From: Antedon mediterranea
Lineage: Eukaryota; Animalia; Echinodermata
Direction: 5' to 3'
Length of the DNA: 64,000 nt
NCBI RefSeq assembly: GCF_964355755.1
Contig: NC_092679.1
Location: forward strand, 23,171,432 to 23,235,431
The first letter of the stretch is position 1. The number at the start of each line of letters is the position of its first letter. The notes under the pieces were generated by a model. That model was not told the origin of the DNA. It did not search any database and worked only from the letters and a program-made list of their open reading frames with translations. The position numbers were made by a program, and so were the translations under genes. Shown here piece by piece: positions 42,101 to 54,100 of the stretch.

Positions 42101-45100
42101 TTATTGTATTAGAAAGATCTAAAGATTTTAATATATTTTTGTTGAATCATACCACAATAATATGTCATAATGTTTACCACCACTTAAAATACCAGACAGA
42201 TTTTTATCAAATAATTTTTTTTTTTTTTTTTTGAGGGGCCTAACTAAATATTTAGAGATGACATCAAGATTGCACTACATGAGGTAGTACAAATAGGCCC
42301 ACAAAGAAATTTACAATTTATGACATTTTCTTTTTATGGTTAATAAAATAAATCGCATTATATACATAAAATGCAGATAAACCATTTATTTCTATGGAAA
42401 TAATCATTCCGAGTAAAGTCTAAATCAATTTTATCAGTACACTGTACACAAAAATAACGAATCAGAGGTGGTATATATGGCGTGACTGGCACTACCTAAC
42501 CGACATCAAAAGTCACTTGACTGTTTCCAATTGTTCTCATTGTGTCAACCTCTACGTACAAAAGTATTTACGTTTGGATTACCAGTAAAATATTCTGCAA
42601 GAAAACTAAAAGAAGTAAGTTTAGACTGAAATATTAAGCAAAGTATCAAGTATGTGAGTTGAATGTGCGCCTCATCTAGAAAATATTTTCTTAGAGAAGG
42701 AGGTGGGTGGGGTATGAGGCTGGTTAGGACACCATACCAAGAAAATAACAATAATTGTTGTTGTTTTTGCTTTTTTGGCTTCTTTTTCTCGAAGGAGCCC
42801 ATTGGATTTTAGGACTTTTATGGGTTATCCATTTAATTTATTAAGTTTTCACCTTTGTCTCCTTTATACATTCATTGTATTTTATCTGTAATTGATACTG
42901 AAATAAATCAAATTAAATCAATACTGACCAGCAAGGTAAATTATTTTGTAATTTTACAGATCAATTCAAAATGGCTACTAGTAGGTTAACTACATTTCTA
43001 GAAGATATTGATGAGAAGGTTCTAGAGTGCCAAATATGCTATAATCGACTCAACGAACCCAGAACCTTAACATGTCTTCACAGCTTCTGTCTGAGTTGTC
43101 TTGACAACTGGTTGAAGAAAACTAACAACAAACTAACCTGTCCAACATGCTCCCAATGTTATCAGATTCCAGAGGGTGGTCTAAAGAAACTACCCCCTAC
43201 ACCTTCCTCAATAACTTATTAGAAACAATTGGACAATTGACAACTACAGATAAGACCAAATGTATTTGTGGAAAAAAAGGTCAATCTAAAACCTACTGTC
43301 AGGATTGCAGAGAGTATTTGTGCCACAGTTGTAGTGATCCTCATAAGAACATACCATCGTGCAAAAATCACAAGTTGCATTCAGTGGATGATATTCAATC
43401 TATGAGTGTAAGTGAGATCAATGACATGCACCCGCCTCTGTGTTCCGTCCACAATGAACCTCTAACTGTGTATTGCACCATTTGCAATGTTGCCATTTGC
43501 ATACACTGTTCAATCATGGATCACAAGGAATGGAAGGGAAAGGAAAAACATGTGACAATCAGCATAACAGATGCGTTTAAAACATTTAAACAAACATCAA
43601 CGGAATTAGAAAAAGAGGCAAAACAATGTACAGATAAATTAAATGATGATCTTGAAGTAATGAATGACCATGTCAAGACACTGGGTGAAAAAAGAGAAAA
43701 GAGTTTAAGAGGAATTGAAAATTATGTTGATGAATTGGTAACAAGAGTAAAAGACAGTGGAGATAAATTAAAACGTGAAGCAGAGGCAATGTACAAAATC
43801 AAGAGGAAATTAACTGATGCCGACATAGAGGATGTGACGATGACAGTATCACATATAAATACAAACATCAAGTTGCTACAACACTTAAGAAAAGGTAATG
43901 AAGCAACGGCCATATCGGGGAATGACGTCATTAAAGCACTGGATGATAGGATCAAGGCAGTGCCTAAAAAACAATCTGATGGTAATGCACAGATTCACTT
44001 TGTTAAACAACAAATTGCTTCATTGGACAAGGACATTGGAAAGGTTACAGAATTAAGGCCAGCAGCAGACTATTTAGAACTAATAGAAGCTGAGAGCATC
44101 ACGACAGCTCAAACAATTGATGTCAAAATAATTAAAACTGACAAATGTAAAATAAAAGCAAGTAACATAAAAGCTACATTAACACAAACAACAGGAGAAA
44201 CTATCATTACTCAAGTAAAAGATGGAAATGGTGAATATACTGTTAAAGGACTATGCAGTGCAAGTGAAGGAATTTGCAAGGTCGATGTTAGAGTTGATGG
44301 AGAACACATTAACAAGTCACCAATGACTATCAAAGTGGAGAAAGAAGGACTATTAAAAACTATAAACATAGATAATCTTACTGAAGTTCATGGTGTAGTT
44401 AAATATGATGATGATTGTTTGTTTGTTTGTTTTATCTTTATACTGGGTAACCTCTTCAGTCAAAGACTGATCTCCCAGAGGGCCCAGTTGGTGATCAGTG
44501 GCTGTGATGTACTAATACACCGGGGTAACCCCCTACTCATCTCGAAAGATGTACTAGGTTCTTTAAAGTGCACACGAGCAAGTTGTGTACACTGGACCTA
44601 CGGTTTATAGTCCTTATCCGAGAAGACTCGTTCTACCACCAGAACCATGGAGTGAGTGAGCCTCGAACCCCTGCCGATGTTATGGCTACGTGATTACGGT
44701 TCCACTGTCTTAACCGCTCAGCCACTCACTCACTCATTGCTTGCTTGTTTCATGTCTAGACAATGTTATTCGCAAATACAAGCAATCAGGTGAAAACATC
44801 AGTGAGATTACACTATCAGAAGGTGTGCAAGTAAACAGAATGTACACAATGAACAATGGCAATATAGCGTTCAGTGATTGGGGTAATAAATGCATCACAG
44901 TATGCACTATTAATGGTGAGGTGGTTAAATCATTTGGTAAGGGAGTGTTACGTCCACCTTGGGGTATCCATGTGGATGAAGCATCACGTGTCATGTATGT
45001 AGCTAATGATGAGAATGTAGCCATGCTTAACATTGAAAGTGGTAGTCTCATTAAAAAAATAGCCCTATGGAATTGTACCGGTTTGAAACACACCAATATC

Positions 45101-48100
45101 ATGGATGTCACCCTTACAAGACAAGGACAAATTCTTGTACTGCATTCTACTAAAAGCTGCTTAAAACTATTTGATACAAAGAGAAAGTATATTAAAGACC
45201 TTGTCAATGAGGGTGATGAAGATGGTAAGGTGACGTACCCAAAAGGAGTAGCAGTTGATAAAAATGATAATATCATAATATCAAGTTACCACAAACTACA
45301 GCTATTTAGTAATAGCGGAAAGTTTATTAAAAGGATCGATAAAGAAGAAGATGGAATCAACCAACCTCATGTTTTATCTATCTTATCACACCATCCACGT
45401 AGACTTGCAGTGGCAAATAATGGTGATAAAACTGTAAAAATATTTAATTATTAAATAAGCTAGTGCTCAAGATATAAGACAATATAATGCTATTAGTTTT
45501 CATCGATGTTTATAGAAATTGTAAAATATTATAATAATTTACATAAGGTTAAAACAACTATTTCTTCCATTGTACAGCATTTTTTATTTTAATTATTTAC
45601 TGGAGTAGAAATTATTAATTCCATACTACTTTATTTATTTATATTTTGATATCAATCTTAAAAATATTTCTCGAAAAGAAATGATTTGTAGAGAGGCTCC
45701 AACTTGAGGGCATAGTTCACGGACTATACTATTTGTGAACAGGGGTGTTCAATGAAAAAAAGTTATATCTCGCTCTTTGAGTATAGGCATAAAATAAACT
45801 ATCAAATACATACTATTTTAATTCTATATAACTTATAAATCTTGTAAAAAATGATTGCTATTATATGTTTACTGCTTTACTGGCTTAAGATTACAAATGT
45901 TTTGTTTTTAACATATATGGTCATACATTTTAATAAATCTACTGTTTACTGTGATATTTAAAGTTCACTTATTTAATTCATTGTTACGCTCATAATCAAC
46001 CATATTTGTGGTGCTGCACTACTGTAGTACAGTTTTAAAAGTGTATAAAAAATTATGTGCATGCGCACACATATCATTTTTTTCCCAAACTATCATGACA
46101 TGATTTGTAAACCATTTGTTTGGTCAGTTTTGAAATCGTTAAAATCTGCAATCGAGTTCAACTTCAACGATTGCACATTTTAAAGATTTTTAGCGTTTAT
46201 TTTTACCCCTTTTCCTGTAAAATAATTGAATCCGGTCAATTTAACGCAACTCAACGTCGACTGGAAAACAGGCTTAACATTTGCAGCAAGATCATCAAAC
46301 AATTCACTTTGTGTATTAATTATTAAGATTCTTTCTAAAGCAATGCTATCACATCCTGCTAACATGTACAATATCATTTCAACAAGGTTGTCATATTAGA
46401 CAGAGAATCCAAATGCTTTGAAATGGGTGTGAAAAGACAGTGTACGTTAAATGTGAAGAACCTTCACTGAACAGAGGGGAGGGCTACTGTAAGTCACAAC
46501 TTATCTTGAATCTTCAATTCAGCAATCCCAATCCCAAGATGTTTTGGTAATAGCTCCTTAACATGGGTCACCAATTGCCTCGATTCCATAATTCGGCCAG
46601 ATGATATGACCTGTTCCTATTATTAAGTCCAGTTGACTAAAGTTATTCTTCCAAACTTGATACTACTGGATGAGTAACAATTACCCATAGTACAAAATCA
46701 TTGACTTAGCAATCTTCTAAAGATGTTTTGGGTCACCGCCTATAGTTTGTTGAATGTCATGTTAAAACATGCACATTTATGTTTCAACAATAATACATAA
46801 TGGTTGAATTTGCATATATTAGCATATATTTGTATATATTAGATACAGAACACAACATGTGCTGTATAACAAATTGACAACATTGTTCTTCAAATTATTT
46901 CTAATGTTATCTATAAAGTTGAATACAAACTGTAACATTAACCACAATATGATAAGTGCCAAGAAAGCAGGTGATAATTCAATGCCCACCTGTATTTAAT
47001 TATGCAAAATTATGTTTTTAAAGAACAACATGGAAAGTTTTATATTCTTATAAATAGATTTTTCATTTTGTCTCAAAGAAATAGAAATTCTACAAAAACA
47101 AATCTAAACATGCAGATTCATGTTTCAATAATAATACATGACTGTTTAATTGTTTGCATAATGATTTAATTTGCATAATCTATAACATGCAAATATTATG
47201 TTTTAATTAACAATCCGGAACACATGCAAATTGATAACAGTTCTTTAAATTACACCTAATGTTATCAATAAAGTAGACTATAAACTGTAACATTTTAATT
47301 AACAATGTGAAGAAAGTGCCAAGAAAGCAGGTGATAATTTACAGATCCACCTGTATTTAATTATGCAAATTAAGTTTTGAAGGCACAACATGGAAAGTTT
47401 TAAAGAAAACGGTCAAAATGAGTGAAGAAAAATAAAGTTTAAAAAGGATAACCAAAATATTCTTGAGTACACCTATTGAAGGCCTATACTTACTTAAAAA
47501 GTAATGTACAAATATTATAAATTCAAAATATATATATAAAAAAAAAGGGGGAAATAGAGAAATGAAAGCAGAATGCATAAGGCCTTGGGACTAGTATCTG
47601 TAGCAAACAATTATTTATTCAATATTATATTCTTTTTTATAGTAGTTAGTTAGTTATAATACAGTATCAGTAGTTTACAGGTATCGCAATCATAAACTTA
47701 AACATGCAAAAGTGAAAAAAATTGAGAAACAATCATGATATCTGACTTGTAATAAAGCAAAATAATCCAAATAATATACTGTAGTATTTCTTTTTTTAAC
47801 TTTTATGAAATATATGAGATGTATAGTACATACAAATATATCACATTTTTTTTTACTATTAATATTTTTAATTCAGTATACATTAAAAATTCACACTTTT
47901 GCCAAAGAAATTGTTAAAATATGGGTTGTTAAAGAAAAGTGTTATATAATTTACTAAAAAGAAACAAAACAAATGTATTTTAAAGTTTACCTTTAAGCTC
48001 TTAATAAACTGTTCCTGTTGTAATATTTCTGTTTACAAAAAAAAATTATGGACAATTTCTATTGAATGACATTGCAGATGTTGTTACTTTCGGACACAGA

Positions 48101-51100
48101 CTGTATAGGCCAATGTCAAAGAAAGGAGGTACGTCAACGACTCACTTAAAATGATTGTCGCTGTGGCCAGCCGCCTATGATTAGAGCGTTGTGACGTTTA
48201 TTTTCGACTTAAGAAAGAAAAAAATCAGCGTCATAATAAAAACAGGTCCAGAAATACAAAACACAAAAAATCCAAAAAAAAGTTATGACTTAATACCCAT
48301 GAGGTGTTTTAGGTGAATCACCAACAATTGTCAAGTATACTGCATTCATTAAAGTGCTGCACAAACTGACAGACAGACCGTCATCTCAGGGAAGCATTCG
48401 TTATAATATTAGAGAGAAAATTGGTAAAGTTAAAATGTTGGTACCAAAATAACCGGAATTGCAACAAAAAGGTTACGGTAAACTTGAACTACTCCCTGGG
48501 AGTGGGTTGTGACATAATTATTGGGTATCTAAATGACAGGAATTATACTGGGAAGGTTACAGTACATTTTAACTGCCCACAGGGAATGGGTTGTGAGGTA
48601 ATTATTATTAAAATTATAAGAAAGCTTTAAACTACATTTTAAAACCCGACCTAAATAGCATGTCCTTTTTTTTGGTCCAAATATTACCATAAACTCTTTG
48701 TTAAATCAATTACATAAATGCATTAATTTTCTCTTCCAGATGTACATGGCCCTTACAACATTCATTAGGGAAAACTAGATATCAATCTAGTGTGGACAGG
48801 CAAGTGATGCCAAACCGGATATTGGAAGTCATTATCTACAGGATTGTACAACATACCGGACATAATGTTAATGTTGTATGTGACTATCACGGCAAAATTT
48901 AAAAAAATATTTAATTGACCAAACACTACACAGTTAAACCTCAATTAAGCAACCACTCTAAGGTTCTGTAAAGTGTCTAGTATTAACAGGAGGTGCACCA
49001 AATGAGGTTCATACTAAGCAATTGGGTCAATAATGTTTCAAAATAAACTAAAATGGTCAAAGCTACTTTAATAAGCAAATGGGTCACTTTGCAAACTTGA
49101 TTCAGGCAACTAGCGTTATCTAAATATCTGGACAAATTGTTACTAAAGATCCAACGCCTGATAATGCAATATGTATGTGAACAATGTTAGTACTGAGCAT
49201 GGGCAAGTATTTGCACAAAGTACAACAAAAAAAGTCATCTACAGTAACAACATACTAATGGTGTCTTATCAAAACCAACAGACATGAATTCCTCAATCAT
49301 AAATCACCAGTTATTACTTGTCATCATTCAAGCAATATAGTCCAATTGATTGTGGGAAGTACTTCAACATTTGAAGCCAAAAATTCACTTTAAAAGTTAT
49401 TAACTTGATTTTAGCATTGATAATCAGTAATTCATATTTTAACATACTTATATCAGACATTTAAAATTGAAGATATGCCAATACAAGGCATTAAAGTCTT
49501 GCTTTATTTTCCAATTAATTGCTGTACTAATGAATGTGTCTAGTTGTATACATGTATCAGCAGTTTTTACCAAGGTTAATGTTAGAATCTGGATAACCTA
49601 TATTTATAACATACATAGGTAAATTCAACTCATAATAAAAATTAATTATTTGCAGGTGTTGATTTAGGCGGGGCTAAACAGACGTCAATTTAAATATAAC
49701 AGCCATGTCTTTTAAAAATAAAATAATGACTATTTTTAGTTTTCTGCAACCTGATGAATCGTTTTTATCATATAAAATATTTAGCCCTCCCATTCCCTAA
49801 TCTATAATGCTGGATCTGTTCCTGATTTATACAATAAAAGAAGCTAAGTTAAATAAATGCAATAGACATACAAATCTACTAAACACAAGACTTAATAATA
49901 TGCAACAAGTCTTGTAAAAGGGCTTTAGTGGAATGCAATGTACCTGCATAGTCTTGTAAAAGGGCTTTAGTGGAATGCAATGTACCTGTATAGTCTTGTA
50001 AAAGGGCTTTAGTGGAATGCAATGTACCTGTATAGTCTTGTAAAAGGGGTTTTAGTGGAATTGTGTGCCACATATGTGCATTCACTTTTTCAAAATAGAT
50101 TAGAGTAAGAAACATTTGAAAAAAATAGAATGATTGAACTTGGTTTAACTGACTCTGATATCAATTTTAAAAGCAAAATTAATTATTTTAAAAAAAACCG
50201 AATATACTGTACTGTGATACCAAGACAAGTAAAGCAGTATCCTGTTATTACCATTTATGAATTTAAAGTTATGAATTTGGCAAGTTTTATTAATTAAAAA
50301 AATGGAATACCCCACAATGAACTTCTGAACTAATTTTAATAAATGTTTTAAAAAATGGAATCAACCCATTCAAGTGACACATTATTGCATATACAAACAT
50401 ATCAAAATGAGTCATAATTATAAATCTATAATCTGAGGTTATCGTACCCTGTTTTCGACGTTGATAAACGAGAAATACCGCTGGACGTACATCAAGCAGC
50501 TTTTCCGATAATTGGAAGAAACTGGTAAAGACTTAGTGGAAATCGTCCAAAGACGAGGCCATGCGTTTAAGGTAGAATTGCAATATGTTGTTAGTTTACG
50601 GCAGACACTTCGTGATATTGTCAATTATTGATGGTTTATGGAAGTACATTCAAACATGGTAACAATTTAAAGCAATTATGCAAAAGGATGATATACTAGT
50701 TAACTAATACAAATATAATTTGTTCTCATGATTTTTTAGAGCAGCCATAAAAAAGCTTCTTCTATTCCATTTTGTTAACATGTTTCTGGTTAAAATAGCC
50801 ATTAGACATGCCATTAGAAAATTTTTTTTTTTATCAATATCATACCTTAGTGAAAGAAAAACTTGGGAGTGAAAACCATTCATTTATTTACTTTTCTTTA
50901 AACATAATATTCAAGTCACTGATCCAAAACTTCTCATCAAAGTGCCTTATCAACAAATTGAAACGACATCTCATGATTATTATGAAAATTATGAAGAGAA
51001 ATAAATGTCACATTTGATCTGACTTTGACTTGATATCATTTTTCATTTAAACAGAGCCAAATTGAATTTTATCCCAACAATACACACCTCAGTTACAATA

Positions 51101-54100
51101 TTAAATTAGGGACTACAGTATGAATAGAAAAAATAGGACGATATGCAAACATGAATCATGCTTACGAGAACATTAGGGAGCAAAAGTGACCTATGAAAAC
51201 TGAGAAATACAAATTAGACAAATGAAATGATTCATGTTAATGTGTTTAATTCTTTATTTCAGTATTAACAAAAGTACAGAAACCTTCAGAAACAACTACT
51301 TTAGGGACTATTTTTCTTACACTCGCATCTGAAATCAATAAGGATAAACTCACATAAGACATGACTAGAAATGCAAACTTGCACAAACTGACAATTAAAA
51401 CATGTAAAATGTCAACACATCAAAGGTTAGCTGTCAGAATTTAATAGTACGTCTACCTTTACAAACAACTACTTTAGGGACTATATTTCTTACACTGTTT
51501 GGATCAATAACAGGATAGGAACAACAAAGTTCACCATGGGAGCAAACATACAAAAAACCTGGCAAAACAGAAAAATAAAAACATTTAGCACATAAAATCA
51601 AGCAATCATACACGTTCAAAAGGACGTCCGCCTTCACAACTATCGCTGGGGAACTACCTTTTCTTGTATTATGACAACAGGATAAAACCGACCGCAGAAT
51701 TCACCTTGGGATGAAGCACCGCAAATTCATTAAAGCACACAATTGAGAATATAAACAAAATATGCAATAAACATTAACAACAGATTACTCATAAACTACT
51801 CAACTAAAGGGACTACTTTTCTTACACTCGGGAACAAATAGCAGAATATTGAAAATAGACCATTCACAACCTTATAGATTACCATGGAGGAAGGCTAATC
51901 ATTTAATAAAACCAAGAATCAAAAGAAAACGAAATTGCAGAAAATATACGTCTGTTAATCCACACCAGTACTGCTAACGGTTCAAATGGGAGAACAATTA
52001 TAAATTGAAAAATAAAACCAAAAAACGAAAGTACATTAAAATGAATGAATGTATTTCCTTGGTTCCCTCCAGTGCTCCCTGAAAAAATTCAATTAGGAAA
52101 GTCAGCATGGTAACCGGCTTTAAAAAGCACAGAACATAATTATTTAATAACAAATATTGTGGATAATAATTAATATTTTAAATCGAAGTATAATGTATGT
52201 TGATATCTATAATTGAGCAGTGTTTTAATAAAAGTGTTTTGAATTACAATGAATTAACTTTGTATTTTAATTTACAAAACGTTGTGTAATTTCTATGTTA
52301 TGACTAATATTAAAAAAACATTTTGTTTATAAGAAAGGTAGATTATTATTAACATAAAGACTAGAAATTTAAACATGTGTAACACTTGTGTAAAAACCTA
52401 TACCTCACTATTTACACTCTAGCTTTTAAATTATCTCCATGCAGTTAAAGACTTAAGACCCTGAAAAAATAACTTTTAAAAAAATGTTTTTGTTGAATAG
52501 CAATTTTAAGGCGATTTCATTGGCTTCAGAAGTGTTTATTAAATTTAACCTATCTTCAAAAACAATAATTATTTAAAAAAACTGATTTACTTAAATCGTA
52601 CTTATTATTTATTGTAACTAAAATATTCTATTTTTATTAAAGAATAGAATATCTTAAGAATAATAATTACAATTCAAGTAATTTTTTTTTAGTTTTGATT
52701 ACTTTTCACACTTTAAGTTTTTTTTTTTTTTTATTCACAGAAAAATTTAAATGGTGCTTTAATAAAAAGACATAAAAAGGAAATTAGGTTGAGTGCGTAC
52801 AAGACGACGTAGAACACAGGAAGTTAGCTCTCTGTATACTGGTCACAGTGGTGACATACTAGCTTAGGCTACTAACCTGGGACTTATTAAACCCAGCTTA
52901 GAAAATTACCTGATGTAAAATACAATTTAATTGGCTTTGTAATGAGCAAAGGAACAATGTAAAAACATGTGGTAAATAAAATTAGGTCAACAAAAATCGG
53001 TCTTGCAAAAAATAAAAGTCACAGACCTGCGTGCAGTGACGGACTTAAATTATTTAAACAGAAGATCTGCTCAAGTGTTTAAACAACAAACAATTGCTGA
53101 TCAAATTTGGCTTAAGTTTGGCCTAAGGTAGGTTTTGGGTTTACACTTAGCTTAGAACCTTAAACCTTGCAGAGTGGCTTCATCATCAACTGAAGATGTA
53201 AAACTAAAATTACAAAATTAGGTTACTTAGTACAGATAGTGAAAATTCTATCATAAATTTGGCAAGGACTTTTTACTTGTGCATATACTGTATGTCCTAT
53301 CACATTTTCCAGAAATTGTCAATGTTACGTTTCAATGGCAATTGATATGCATGAAAATGAAGCATTGACGTTTGATTTGAGTTTTCGGCGCTGGACCGGG
53401 ACCGTGCCGGAACATTTTAAGGGGAAACTTTCTTATGAAATAAATAAGGATGATAATTATAATCCCTTAAAGCTTAATGGGAAACTGAGAAAATTTGGAT
53501 TAAGTTCTCAAAACCCATGGCAGCCAGTAGTGCATACTACATATTATGGTCCACAACTATTCAGACGACACCCCTAAATATCAAGACTATAAGAGTACCT
53601 TAGGTTCTACAATATTATTTACAATATCTATAGCGCTTGCATTGTCAACTTCTGTCAATGGTCTATAAACAAAATCACGTTAAAAGAACTGTTGATTCAT
53701 CTGTAGTAAAAGGGAAAACCATGGAGTAAAGAAACACACATACCTGTAAAAAAAAAACCAACAGTACTAGAGAGGGCGACCTGTATAAATAGAGCAACCT
53801 AAAGTTTATTCTTTGCTTATGTCTTGCTTTCTATACTTACAAAGAGGGCAGCAAATATGTTTTTGAAGTTTACATTCAGACAGTAGTTTATCTAAATTAA
53901 CCAATAAGATTAGAGAACTGAAGTATACCAGCAGCAATAGTCTGTAGAAAATGTGTGCGTAGCTATGTCATTTTTAAAGTTTTCTGAAAAAGTTTGACAA
54001 TTGCAGTGTTACTTACATTGGAAATGGATGAACTTATTGGCCAACCAGATAATCCAGTTTGGCAATTGCAGTGTTACTTACATTGGAAATGGATGAACCT

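Noticed and set aside
43126-43222. Programmed -1 ribosomal frameshift in the TRIM gene
   Set aside because: No X XXY YYZ slippery heptamer in the overlap; a 1-nt deletion explains it.
44734-45276. 180-aa minus-strand ORF (also 43722..43955)
   Set aside because: Antisense shadow of the TRIM coding sequence, with no recognisable domain.
49879-50115. Repeat-protein ORF (LLQDYTGTLHSTKA)n
   Set aside because: By-product of a 42-bp tandem repeat whose length is divisible by three; no supporting gene structure.
50480-50545. Death-domain-like text (AAFPIIGRNW*RL)
   Set aside because: Too short, contains a stop, and the similarity does not continue.
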